From Citrobacter phage Stevie, in sequence record KM236241.1: a stretch of DNA of 49,816 nt; one strand, 5' to 3'. The notes under the pieces are model-generated. The model saw only the letters and a program-made list of their open reading frames with translations. It was not told the DNA's origin and did not search any database. Below, one piece after another: positions 10,459 to 20,523 of the stretch (positions are counted from its first letter, which is position 1; every line of letters starts with the position of its first letter). Position numbers and translations under genes: made by a program.

Positions 10459-10775
10459 AACGGGCGGTTTATCTGTATTATCAGAAACCGCCGACAGATG
10501 CAGAATTGCAAGCCGTAGGATTAACCCGCGCAGACTATGAAGGAGAAGATCCGCCAGAGGTCATATTTGATGAAAGTATGATGCAATCATGGGATATATT
10601 TTGCGCGATGGGTACACAGTGGCGTAGTGCTGGCGCTGGTGCTTACGGTTTTGATTATAATGTTTTGCCTATGTTATTCAGAATCTATAAAATAGACGAT
10701 GAAGAAATGGCCTTAAATGACTTGCGCATCATGGAACAAAAAGCACTGGAAATGATGCAAGCAAATAACAAATAA
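10138..10775 (+). CDS. Tail assembly chaperone -1 frameshift fusion (GT-like)
   Basis: In-frame slippery heptamer A AAA AAC at 10449-10455, 7-nt spacer, stem GGCGGTTT/AAACCGCC; -1 frame open from 10455 to 10775. Confidence 0.88.
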
Positions 10776-10812
10776 AGCGCCTACGGGCGCTTTTTTTATG
10801 AGGGTAAAATAT

Positions 10813-13722
10813 ATGGCTGAACAATTTGCAGGTTTAACACTTGGCGTTAACGTAGATCAGTTAAACAGGGCTGTAAAGTCATTGCAGGACTTTAAAAAAG
10901 CAAACGACGAAGCAAAGAAAGGCGTTGAGAGCTTTGTTAATGAGGAAGAAATTGCAAAGCAAAGGGCAAAACAATTAGCTGATGAATTGGAGAAACAGAG
11001 CCGTGAATTTAAACGCATTCAGGACACTGTTGATCCGACAGCGGCGAAAATGCGCAAGCTATCTCAGGCCGCAAGCGATCTTGATAAGCTATGGCAAAAG
11101 GGCATTGTTCCCGATGAAACGTTTTTCCAGTTGGGGAGTATGCTGGAAACTCAGATCAGTAAGCTGGAGCGTAATAAAAAGGCGTTAACGGAAGAAGGCC
11201 GCGCAGCACTTGAGGAATCAAAAGCCAAAGAGAAAGCAGCGTTAGCCGGAAAAACTTTCCTTGCGGATCTGGAATCGCAAGCCGCCGCTCTTGGCAAAAC
11301 AAAAGCCGAATTGCTGGAAATGAAAGCGGCGCAACTTGGCGTAAGTGCTCAGGCAGCGCCATTCATTGCACAGCTTAAAGCGCAAGAAAAACAGATGAAT
11401 TTAACCGGAATTAGCGCAGGGCAATATAACCAGGCAATGCGAATGCTTCCGGCTCAGATCACTGACGTTGTAACGTCGCTGGCTTCCGGTATGCCTGTTT
11501 GGTTGGTTGCAATCCAGCAGGGTGGACAGATTAAAGATTCTTTCGGCGGCGTTGGTAATACGTTTAAAGTGCTGTTGTCGTTTCTGAATCCGGTAAACGT
11601 TGGCCTTGCCGCATTAGCCGTTTCAATGGGTGCTCTTGTTAAGGCTGGTTATGATGCGTATAAGTCGCAACGTGACTTGCAAGAGGCGTTGGTGCTGACT
11701 GGTGGCTATGCTGGCACAAGCGGCGCACAGTTCGATAAGCTGGCGCAGGACATTAATAACAGCACTGATGCGACGATAGGAAACATCCGATCCATCGCAA
11801 CAGAGCTTGCAAAATCCGGCAAATTCACGATTGATCAGATTAAATCGATCACAAAGACTACCGCTCAGTGGTCAACGGTAACGGGTGAATCAAGCGACAA
11901 GATAACCGATTACTTTAATAAGATTGCTGGCGATCCGGTTAAAGGTCTTGCAGAGCTAAACGAGCAATTCAACTTTTTAAGCGAAGGGCAGTTAACTTAT
12001 ATTGCAGACCTGGAGAAAACGAAAGGAAAAACGGAAGCAGTGACGGCGGCGACAAAGTTATTTGCTGATGTTATGGATCAGAGATTAGCTAAACTGGCAG
12101 ACTCCGCAACGCCATTAGAAAAGATGTGGACGAACATTAAAAAATGGGCGTCAGATGCTTGGGGATGGGTTGGAGATCACACGCTGGCGGCGCTTAACCT
12201 GATTATCGACGTTGTAGCCGGAACGGTTGAGCAGGTTAGATACTTGCTTAATCAGGGTGATATTCTCATTGGTGAATTTATTGTGTCGGCAACTAAGACG
12301 ATGCAAAAAATCCCAGGTCTTGATAATGTTGGCGATTCTGTAATTTCGCAACAACAGAAGATCATTAATAACGCCAAAGAGAACAACAAGGAGCTATTAA
12401 AATCAATTGCAGAACGTAACGAGCGAGTCAAAAAAGGCGAGCAGGGTTACATTGACATGATGAAAAATCGTGCGGCGGTTGAACAGCAATATGCTACTAA
12501 AACAAAGGAGAATATCAGGAAGGAAGCCGAGGAATTAGCCAAACGCGATAAAAAGCAAAAGGCTGAAAAAGTTAAGGTATCGGCTGGCGATAAGCTGGAA
12601 GAACAATATCAGCGTGATATCCTGGCGTTAGAAACTCAATTAAGAGTTTTGAAAGAGCACAAGACGATCACAGATACCATAAGCCAGCAACGTAAATCTT
12701 TATGGGCTGAACAAGCTAAAATTCAGATTTTGCAAGAAGCATCAACAAAACGGCAACTTACTGATGAAGAAAAAAGCATTTTAGCCAACAAAGATAAGAT
12801 CCTAGCGATGGCTGAACAAAAAGCTATTTTAGGAGATCAGATTGTTGCACAAACGCGACTTAATCAGTTGCAAGATAGCTCAATCAAGTTTATCCAGCAG
12901 CAGAAAGCAGCAACAGAAGCACTAGCCAAAACCAGAGGGTTAAGCGAGCGTGAAGCAGCAAGAGCGGCGGAACGTGCAAAGGTTGAGGCTGATTATCTTG
13001 CCAAAGGAGGTAAGGAAGGAGATCCGCAACTCACCGCCATGATGGATGAATTAGACAACCGCTATAAAGAGGAAGATGCTAAACGTGCTGATTGGTTATC
13101 TGGTGCAAAACATGCCTTTGCGGAGTACGGCGAAGAAGCAATGAACATGTATGATAATATCGGCAACATTGCGAGCCAGGCGTTAAACGGCCTATCGCAA
13201 CAAATGGCTGATTTCTTGACTACTGGACAAGCAAACTTCAAAGACTTTGCAAAATCGATCATTAGCCTTATTGTTCAGATGATCACAAAGATGGTTATCT
13301 TCAATAGCATTTCCGGCATGATGGGCGGCTCAACCTGGACGCTTGGAAGCCTTTTAAGCGGTGCTGGTTTTGCTGGCGGCGGTTATACTGGCGACGGTGG
13401 CAAATATGATCCGGCTGGCGTTGTTCATAAGGGTGAGTTTGTTTTCACCAAAGAGGCAACGCAAAGAATCGGAGCTAAAAACCTGTATCGCATGATGCGA
13501 GGTTATGCAAACGGCGGTCAAGTAGGAAGCGTGACAACTGGCGGCGCTGGCATCAATCGCGGTGCATCGCAATTTGCATTTGGTGATATCAACGTTAACA
13601 TTGACAACGGTCAAGATCCAAAAGGGATGGAAACTGGTATCAAGATGATTTTCACTGAAATGATTCAACGGTCATGCTCGCAAGGTGGCGAGGTTTATAA
13701 TTTTGTTCATGGGAGGGCTTAA
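10813..13722 (+). CDS. Tail length tape measure protein
   Basis: About 970 aa, coiled-coil, RMLPAQITDVVTSLASGMPVWLVAIQQGGQIKDSFGG as in lambda gpH-type proteins. Confidence 0.93.
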   Translation: MAEQFAGLTLGVNVDQLNRAVKSLQDFKKANDEAKKGVESFVNEEEIAKQRAKQLADELEKQSREFKRIQDTVDPTAAKMRKLSQAASDLDKLWQKGIVPDETFFQLGSMLETQISKLERNKKALTEEGRAALEESKAKEKAALAGKTFLADLESQAAALGKTKAELLEMKAAQLGVSAQAAPFIAQLKAQEKQMNLTGISAGQYNQAMRMLPAQITDVVTSLASGMPVWLVAIQQGGQIKDSFGGVGNTFKVLLSFLNPVNVGLAALAVSMGALVKAGYDAYKSQRDLQEALVLTGGYAGTSGAQFDKLAQDINNSTDATIGNIRSIATELAKSGKFTIDQIKSITKTTAQWSTVTGESSDKITDYFNKIAGDPVKGLAELNEQFNFLSEGQLTYIADLEKTKGKTEAVTAATKLFADVMDQRLAKLADSATPLEKMWTNIKKWASDAWGWVGDHTLAALNLIIDVVAGTVEQVRYLLNQGDILIGEFIVSATKTMQKIPGLDNVGDSVISQQQKIINNAKENNKELLKSIAERNERVKKGEQGYIDMMKNRAAVEQQYATKTKENIRKEAEELAKRDKKQKAEKVKVSAGDKLEEQYQRDILALETQLRVLKEHKTITDTISQQRKSLWAEQAKIQILQEASTKRQLTDEEKSILANKDKILAMAEQKAILGDQIVAQTRLNQLQDSSIKFIQQQKAATEALAKTRGLSEREAARAAERAKVEADYLAKGGKEGDPQLTAMMDELDNRYKEEDAKRADWLSGAKHAFAEYGEEAMNMYDNIGNIASQALNGLSQQMADFLTTGQANFKDFAKSIISLIVQMITKMVIFNSISGMMGGSTWTLGSLLSGAGFAGGGYTGDGGKYDPAGVVHKGEFVFTKEATQRIGAKNLYRMMRGYANGGQVGSVTTGGAGINRGASQFAFGDINVNIDNGQDPKGMETGIKMIFTEMIQRSCSQGGEVYNFVHGRA

Positions 13723-14069
13723 TGTTAGATGAATTTACCTGGTGTACGCAGATTCAGAGCGGCGGCGGTGTAATGACAACTACTAATAATGACAGGGAAG
13801 TTGTTTTTGGTAACGGCTATCGCCAAAAGGCATCTTCTGGATTTAACACGGAAAGGAGGGAGTTTTCTATTGTATATGTTGGCAATGATTATAAGGCTGT
13901 TAAAGCATTTATGACGGATCACAGGTTAAAGCCTTTCTTGTGGAAAACTCCAGACGGTAGTTTTGGGTTGTTTACCGTAAAAGCCGGAACGGTTGGACTA
14001 ACGCCAATTAGCCGAACCGCTCAGGAAGTCAAAGCAACTTTTACGGAAGAATTTACATCAATGCGATAA
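13722..14069 (+). CDS. Minor tail protein M-like
   Basis: Position between tape measure and L-like gene; VVFGNGYRQ...F.ERREFSIVY. Confidence 0.8.
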   Translation: MLDEFTWCTQIQSGGGVMTTTNNDREVVFGNGYRQKASSGFNTERREFSIVYVGNDYKAVKAFMTDHRLKPFLWKTPDGSFGLFTVKAGTVGLTPISRTAQEVKATFTEEFTSMR

Positions 14070-14072
14070 ATC

Positions 14073-14098
14073 AAAGCCGCCTTGTGCGGCTTTTTTAT
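14073..14098 (+). terminator. Terminator-like hairpin
   Basis: GCCGC-cttgt-GCGGC followed by TTTTTT. Confidence 0.65.
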
Positions 14099-14135
14099 TG
14101 TGTCTATAATGGTGCTTTATTGGAGGGCATAAAAT

Positions 14136-14894
14136 ATGGCTGAAAAACAGATCAAAAAGACTTTTGAAAATTGTCTGCAATCGCTTTTTCCTGGTGAGAT
14201 TATTACTCTTATCGAGGTTGACGGCACGAAATTTGGTGCTCAGGTTTACCGATTTCACGCTGAAAATATCGCATACACGCCAGAGGAATTAATGCAAGCG
14301 CGTGAAACTGGAATATTGCCTCCGAAAGATATTAAGTTTCGCGGTGAAATTTACGGGGCGCGGCCTTTTGGCATCACAGGGATCGGATTTACCAGTAACG
14401 GGAAAGCAGAAAAACCACAATTAGCGCTTTCTAATTTAGATAGCCGTGTATCCGCTTTAATCAGATCCTATAATGGCATGATGCAAGCAAAGGTTACAAT
14501 ATGGGTTACATCGGCTGATTTAATTGATGATGAAGGTAATGTGGAGGACGGCGCATATAGAAAGTTGGTTTATTATATTGAGCGTCCGAATTTTGTTAAT
14601 CAGACAGTTGCACGTTTCGAATTAACATCCCCTTATGATATGGATGGAATTATGATCCCGCCGCGACTCACTCAAAGCGTTTGTTATTGGGCGCAACGCG
14701 GATGGTATAGAAGCGGTAAAGGTTGCGGATATAACGGATCAGCAATGTTTGATAAAGACAATAATCCGGTAACAGATCCGAGTAAGGATTATTGCGCCGG
14801 AACGGTAACAGCTTGCAAATTGCGCTTTGGCGCTCAAAATGAATTAGACTTTGGCGGGTGCGCGGTTGCATCACTATTGAGGAAAAACCAATGA
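14136..14894 (+). CDS. Minor tail protein L-like
   Basis: PQLALSNLDSRVSALI...RIERPNFVNQTVARFELTSPYDMDG...C.YWAQRGWYRSGKGCGYNG. Confidence 0.9.
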   Translation: MAEKQIKKTFENCLQSLFPGEIITLIEVDGTKFGAQVYRFHAENIAYTPEELMQARETGILPPKDIKFRGEIYGARPFGITGIGFTSNGKAEKPQLALSNLDSRVSALIRSYNGMMQAKVTIWVTSADLIDDEGNVEDGAYRKLVYYIERPNFVNQTVARFELTSPYDMDGIMIPPRLTQSVCYWAQRGWYRSGKGCGYNGSAMFDKDNNPVTDPSKDYCAGTVTACKLRFGAQNELDFGGCAVASLLRKNQ

Positions 14895-15613
14895 TTAACG
14901 CAAAAATTAAACTTGAAATTATGCGCCATGCCAATGACGTTTATCCTAATGAATGTTGTGGCCTGGTAACTCAAAAATCACGCGTACAGAAGTATCACCG
15001 GATCGACAACGTGAGCAAGGAGCCGGAAAAGCATTTTGAAATGGATGCTGAACAATATGCAGAAGTTGAGGACGGCGGCGCAGATATCATCGCGATAGTT
15101 CATAGCCATACAGGGGAGGGAGCAACAACAATCCCTAGCGCACACGATTTGTGCATGTGTGATGAAACTGGTGTTTCTTGGGTTATAGTTTCGATACCAG
15201 AAGGAGACATGAGAATCATAGAGCCACAATCACGGCCTTTGATTGGTCGCCCCTGGTCGCTTGGCGCTTATGATTGTTGGGGGCTTATTATGGCCTGGCA
15301 TAAAGAGCAAGGCGTGATCCTGAATGATTTCCGCAAGCATTATGAATGGTGGAAGCCGGAACATGGCGAAAACCTTTATCAAGATAATTACTTGAAAGAA
15401 GGTTTTATAGAAACAGGTGAACCGCCAAAGCCAGGTGATATGATCATAATGCAGTTGCAAGCGCCAGTATGGAACCACGCCGGAATTTATTTAGGCAACA
15501 ATCAACTATTGCATCATGCATTCGGCAAGTTGTCGCGAGTTGATTTATATTCTGGATGGTATCAGGAACACACAACAATGATTTGCAGACATAAGGATCT
15601 GAAAAATGAATAA
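14891..15613 (+). CDS. Tail assembly protein K-like (JAB/MPN and NlpC/P60 domains)
   Basis: YPNECCGLV...HSHTGEGATTIPSAHDLCMC and LGAYDCWGL...PGDMIIMQL...NHAGIYLGNNQLLHH. Confidence 0.9.
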   Translation: MINAKIKLEIMRHANDVYPNECCGLVTQKSRVQKYHRIDNVSKEPEKHFEMDAEQYAEVEDGGADIIAIVHSHTGEGATTIPSAHDLCMCDETGVSWVIVSIPEGDMRIIEPQSRPLIGRPWSLGAYDCWGLIMAWHKEQGVILNDFRKHYEWWKPEHGENLYQDNYLKEGFIETGEPPKPGDMIIMQLQAPVWNHAGIYLGNNQLLHHAFGKLSRVDLYSGWYQEHTTMICRHKDLKNE

Positions 15614-16205
15614 GGTTATCAACGTAAAATTATCAGGCTCATTAGGTCGCCGCTTTGGTGTTTTCCATAAATACGCCGTTGAGAGTTGGCCTGAATGCGT
15701 AAGGGCATTATCAAGCCAGGTTGAAGGATTCAAAGAATTTATGCAAAGTGAAATCGGATCAAAGATGAAATTTGCAATTTTCGTTGATGGTAAAAATGTT
15801 GGTCTGAATAATGATAGCGCATGGCGTTGCGCTCGCGAGGTTCGAATTGTTCCGGTTCCAACAGGTTCAAAATCTGGCGGTTTATTTCAGGTTGTTTTGG
15901 GTGCTGTTATTATGGTCACTGCGTTTTTCACTGGTGGTGCATCGCTGGCGGCTATGGGCGCGTTTTCATCGGCTGCATTTATGATGGGTGGTGCAATGGC
16001 TCTTGGAGGTGTGATGCAGATGATTAGCCCACAACAAGGGGGAATGAGAATGGAGAGCCAAAGCGCAGCAAATAAACCATCATATGCGTTTGGTGGTGCT
16101 GTTAATACTACGGCGGCAGGTTATCCGGTATGTTTGCCATATGGTTATAGAACTGTTGGCGGCGCTGTATTCAGTGCTGGCTCATACGCAGAAGATAAAC
16201 TTTAA
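15606..16205 (+). CDS. Tail assembly protein I-like
   Basis: LSGSLGRRFG...GLFQVVLGAVIMVTAFFTGG; position between K and J. Confidence 0.88.
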   Translation: MNKVINVKLSGSLGRRFGVFHKYAVESWPECVRALSSQVEGFKEFMQSEIGSKMKFAIFVDGKNVGLNNDSAWRCAREVRIVPVPTGSKSGGLFQVVLGAVIMVTAFFTGGASLAAMGAFSSAAFMMGGAMALGGVMQMISPQQGGMRMESQSAANKPSYAFGGAVNTTAAGYPVCLPYGYRTVGGAVFSAGSYAEDKL

Positions 16206-16211
16206 TTATAT

Positions 16212-16240
16212 AAACCCGCCGTTGCGCGGGTTTTTTGTTA
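16212..16240 (+). terminator. Terminator-like hairpin
   Basis: ACCCGCCGTTGCGCGGGTTTTTT. Confidence 0.65.
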
Positions 16241-16286
16241 CATGTACAATGGCAGCACGTTTAAATAGCACAAAAGGTTAAAAGCT

Positions 16287-19200
16287 ATGATCAAAAATAT
16301 GATAACTGGCAGTAAGGGCGGTTCTTCAAAGCCTCATACACCTGTTGAAATGGAAGATAACCTAATTTCAATTAACAGGATCAGAATTCTTTTAGCCGTT
16401 TCTGATGGTGAAGTTGATCCAGACTTTTCATTGAAAGATTTATATTTTGATGACGTTCCGGTTATGAATCAGGATGGTTCACTAAACTTTCAGAATGTTA
16501 AGGCAGAATTCAGACCAGGGACGCAAACGCAGGATTATATTCAGGGGTTTACTGATACAGCCAGCGAAATTACAGTTGCTCGCGATCTGACAGCCGCAAC
16601 GCCTTATATTATTTCCGTGACTAATAAAAACCTTTCCGCGATCCGTATTAAAATTTTAATGCCGCGAGGGTTTACGCAGGAGGATAACGGAGATTTAACA
16701 GGCGTTCGCGTTGAATATGCAGTTGATATGGCTATTGATGGCGCTGAATATAACGAGGTTTTGCATGATGTGATCGAAGGTAAAACAATGAGCGGTTACG
16801 ACAGAAGCCGCAGAATTGATTTACCCGCTTTCAATGAGCGTGTTTTATTGCGCGTTCGTCGCCTGACAGACAGCACGTCAGCGAGAGTTACCGATCTGAT
16901 TAAAATGCAAAGCTATGCGGAAGTTGTAGACGCTAAATTTCGTTACCCATTGACTGGTTTAGTATATGTTGAGTTTGACAGCGAATTATTCCCTAATGCG
17001 TTGCCGAATATCAGCATTAAGAAAAAATGGAAAATCATTAATGTTCCGTCAAATTATGATCCTATTTCCCGCACTTATTCAGGGTCATGGGATGGAACAT
17101 GGAAAAAGGCATGGAGTAATAACCCTGCTTTTGTTCTGTATGATTTGATTACCAATCAGCGTTACGGACTCGATCAAAGAGAATTAGGCATCGCGCTTGA
17201 TAAATGGAGCATTTACGAATGTGCGCAGTATTGCGATCAGATGGTTCCAGACGGTAAAGGCGGAACAGAGCCGCGCTATCTTTGCGACGTTGTGATCCAG
17301 AGCCAGGTAGAAGCGTATCAGCTTGTGCGTGATATTTGTTCAATCTTTCGAGGAATGAGTTTTTGGAACGGTGAGAGCCTTTCAATTGTGATCGATAAGC
17401 CGCGCGATGCGTCATACATCTTTACTAATGACAACGTGGTTAATGGTGAGTTTACTTACACGTTTGCCAGCGAGAAAAGCATGTACACGCAATGTAACGT
17501 GACTTTCGACGACGAACAAAACATGTATCAACAGGACGTTGAAGGGGTTTTTGAAACAGAGGCGGCATTACGCTTTGGATATAACAGCACGTCAATAACT
17601 GCTATCGGTTGCACACGACGCAGCGAAGCCAACCGCCGTGGACGCTGGATTTTAAAAACCAACGTCAAGAGCACAACAGTAAACTTTGCTACTGGCCTGG
17701 AAGGTATGATCCCAACGGTAGGCGATGTAATTGTTGTTTCGGATAACTTCTGGTCAAGCGCTTTGACGCTGAATCTATCAGGTCGATTGATGGAGGTTAA
17801 CGGGTTGCAGGTGTTCACGCCGTTTAAGGTTGACGCAAGAGCAGGTGATCGCATTCTGGTAAATAAGCCAGATGGTAAGCCAGTTGGTCGAACCATTGCG
17901 CGTGTAAGTGATGACGGTAAAACGCTAACGCTAAACACGACATTTGGCTTTGACGTTCAGCCGGATACCATTTTTGCAATTGAGCGAACAGATATTGCAC
18001 AGCAACGATATGTTGTAACCGGAATCACTAAGGGTGACGGTGATGAAGAATTTACCTACAACATAACGGCTGTTGAATACGATCCTAACAAATACGATGA
18101 AATTGATTATGGCGTAAACATTGATGACCGTCCGACTTCAATCGTGCAGCCTGACATTTTGCCAGCACCGCAAAACGTCAAGATCGAATCTTATTCGCGA
18201 GTTGTTCAGGGTGCGAGCGTGGAAACAATGCACGTTTCATGGGATAAGGTTGAATATGCAAGCCTTTATGAAATGCAGTGGAGAAAAGACAATGGCAACT
18301 GGAACAACACGCCGCGCACAGCCAACAAGGAAACGGAAGTTGAAGGTATTTACGCAGGAAACTATCACGTAAGGGTTAGATCTGTTGCAGCTAATGGTTC
18401 AGCGTCTGGATGGTCAGCAATTGTTAGCGCCGGATTAACTGGCAAAGTTGGCGAGCCAGAAAAGCCGATTAACCTTACAGCGTCTGACAATGAGGTTTTC
18501 GGCATTCGCGTAAAATGGGGTATGCCGGAGGGTTCTGGTGATACAGCTTACATAGAGTTGCATCAAGCGCCGAACGGTGCTGATGGTCATCCTATTGTTG
18601 ATGAAGCAACGCTCTTAACGCTGATACCGTTCCCGCAATATGAGTATTGGCATTCAATACTGCCAGCGGGTCATGTTGTCTGGTACAAGGCAAGGGCAGT
18701 TGACAAAATCGGGAATGTGTCTGATTGGACTGACTTTGTGCGCGGCATGGCTTCCGACGATACGAGCATTATCACGGATCATATTAAGGTCGATATTGAA
18801 AATTCTGATGGATATAAGTGGTTACAGGAAAACGCAATAAAGGCCAATGATAAGATCCACAGCACAGCGGAATCAGTGATTGAAAACGCATTAGCGAATG
18901 ATAAAGATGTGCGACGTATGCGAGTTGAAAACGGCAAGCGTAAAGCGGAGTTCTTGCAATCGCTGAAACTCATTGCAGACGAAACAGAAGCAAGGGTAAC
19001 GCAGGTCACTCAAATGAGTGCGCAATTTGACGAGAAATTAACGGCTCAAAATAGCGAATTGAGAGAGGTAATTGCTAACAGCACTGAAACCATTAGCCAA
19101 AGGATTGATCAGCTTACAGCTACGTTTGAGAGCGAAATTGATGGTGTTAAGCAGGATATCAAAGCACAGATAACTGATGTTAACCAGGCAATCACCAATG

Positions 19201-20063
19201 AAGCGGAAGCGCGAGCGTCAGCGGATAGGGCGTTATCAACTCAAATTGGTGATACCCAATCAGCGGTTAACCAGAAACTTGATTCTTGGGTTAATGCCGA
19301 TAGCGTAGGCGCGATGTACGGCGTTAAGTTGGGGTTACGTTACAACGGGCAGGAATATAGCGCGGGTATGGCTCTTTCCCTTGTTGGTGACGGATCAGGA
19401 GTTAAATCACAATTCCTGTTTGATGCTGGACGATTTGCGATCATAAACAACCAACAGAGCGGAGGTTTTACACTACCGTTTGTTGTTGAGAATAATCAGG
19501 TGTTTATCAACAGCTTACTTGTGAAAAATGGCTCTATTGGTAACGCTCAGATTGCGGATCAGATTAACTCTAACAACTGGAGCAGCGGCGCGGCTGGCTG
19601 GATGATTAATAAGAATGGTTATGCTGAATTTAACCAGGTAACTGTAAGGGGTGGCGTTTACGCATCATATGGTTCATTCACCGGAAGCGTTTACGCGCAA
19701 GATGGTTGGTTTAGGGGTACTGTTTACGCCGAAAAAATTGAGGGTGACGTTGCAAAGGCTGTTGTTCTTCCGTTTAACGGATCGGTTCACATTCCGGCGG
19801 TTAACTACAACAGACATCTTGTGATCCCTTATGTTGGTATTCATGGGTACACATATTCAGGTGGTACATGGGGCGGCGGTACTGTTTGGGTTGATTCAAC
19901 ATATGGCGGTCGCCTTGCTAACGTTCAGGCAACTGCAATGCATGGCGGATCAAGTGGTTATGTTCTGTTGCCAGCAGGTAACGCAACTACGCTTTCATAT
20001 GGTGGAAATCTAAACCACGCAAACGCAGTACCGATCTTAACAGTTCTGCTATTCAAAGCATAA
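16287..20063 (+). CDS. Tip attachment / host specificity protein J-like
   Basis: 1258 aa; N-terminal MITGSKGGSSKP, fibronectin-like repeats, central-fibre C-terminus. Confidence 0.92.
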   Translation: MIKNMITGSKGGSSKPHTPVEMEDNLISINRIRILLAVSDGEVDPDFSLKDLYFDDVPVMNQDGSLNFQNVKAEFRPGTQTQDYIQGFTDTASEITVARDLTAATPYIISVTNKNLSAIRIKILMPRGFTQEDNGDLTGVRVEYAVDMAIDGAEYNEVLHDVIEGKTMSGYDRSRRIDLPAFNERVLLRVRRLTDSTSARVTDLIKMQSYAEVVDAKFRYPLTGLVYVEFDSELFPNALPNISIKKKWKIINVPSNYDPISRTYSGSWDGTWKKAWSNNPAFVLYDLITNQRYGLDQRELGIALDKWSIYECAQYCDQMVPDGKGGTEPRYLCDVVIQSQVEAYQLVRDICSIFRGMSFWNGESLSIVIDKPRDASYIFTNDNVVNGEFTYTFASEKSMYTQCNVTFDDEQNMYQQDVEGVFETEAALRFGYNSTSITAIGCTRRSEANRRGRWILKTNVKSTTVNFATGLEGMIPTVGDVIVVSDNFWSSALTLNLSGRLMEVNGLQVFTPFKVDARAGDRILVNKPDGKPVGRTIARVSDDGKTLTLNTTFGFDVQPDTIFAIERTDIAQQRYVVTGITKGDGDEEFTYNITAVEYDPNKYDEIDYGVNIDDRPTSIVQPDILPAPQNVKIESYSRVVQGASVETMHVSWDKVEYASLYEMQWRKDNGNWNNTPRTANKETEVEGIYAGNYHVRVRSVAANGSASGWSAIVSAGLTGKVGEPEKPINLTASDNEVFGIRVKWGMPEGSGDTAYIELHQAPNGADGHPIVDEATLLTLIPFPQYEYWHSILPAGHVVWYKARAVDKIGNVSDWTDFVRGMASDDTSIITDHIKVDIENSDGYKWLQENAIKANDKIHSTAESVIENALANDKDVRRMRVENGKRKAEFLQSLKLIADETEARVTQVTQMSAQFDEKLTAQNSELREVIANSTETISQRIDQLTATFESEIDGVKQDIKAQITDVNQAITNEAEARASADRALSTQIGDTQSAVNQKLDSWVNADSVGAMYGVKLGLRYNGQEYSAGMALSLVGDGSGVKSQFLFDAGRFAIINNQQSGGFTLPFVVENNQVFINSLLVKNGSIGNAQIADQINSNNWSSGAAGWMINKNGYAEFNQVTVRGGVYASYGSFTGSVYAQDGWFRGTVYAEKIEGDVAKAVVLPFNGSVHIPAVNYNRHLVIPYVGIHGYTYSGGTWGGGTVWVDSTYGGRLANVQATAMHGGSSGYVLLPAGNATTLSYGGNLNHANAVPILTVLLFKA

Positions 20064-20076
20064 AAGGAGGTAAATC

Positions 20077-20116
20077 AATGCCCTGGCTTAACGGTCGGGG
20101 CATTTTGTTTTCTTTT
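20077..20116 (+). terminator. Rho-independent terminator after J
   Basis: AATGCCC-N14-GGGCATT followed by TTGTTTTCTTTT. Confidence 0.75.
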
Positions 20117-20120
20117 GTTC

Positions 20121-20523
20121 CATGATGTTCACAACTTAATCCGGCGTAAAATTGAAAACGTCTTGATAACAAAAAGAACAAATGAAATATCTATATAATA
20201 CATACACTTAGAGTTTAATTATTATTATATATATCTATTTGTATTCTTCTTGTTTCTATTGTTCTCTACGGTTTGTGGTTGTTGTGTGTTTTGTATTGGT
20301 TGATGGTTATATATCACATGGTATGTATTTATATATGGTATGCGGCGTAAATGCGTGAACAATGGAACACAAAAACAACAATCAGTAAAATCATAAACTT
20401 ACGATGTGATTTTGTTGTCAATGCTAGTTGTAAACGCATGCAAAACAAAAAGAACACTTAAATGGTATTGACTACATGCAACAAAGACATATAATGCAGA
20501 CATACCAACGAGAGGATGACAAA
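20121..20523 (+). repeat. Non-coding block copy A (diverged duplicate of 40611..41063)
   Basis: Ordered shared blocks with copy B: TGTTCACAA, ATCCGGCGTA, ACAAAAAGAACAAA, CTATATAATA, TGTTTCTAWTGTTC, TTGATGGT, TATTTATATAT, ACTTACG. Confidence 0.7.
20468..20495 (+). promoter_or_regulatory. Sigma70-like promoter for the recombination operon
   Basis: TTGACT - 16 bp - TATAAT. Confidence 0.8.

Noticed and set aside
10506-10775. Stand-alone gene with TTG start after the chaperone gene
   Set aside because: Better explained as the -1 frameshift extension because the frame is open back to the slippery heptamer.
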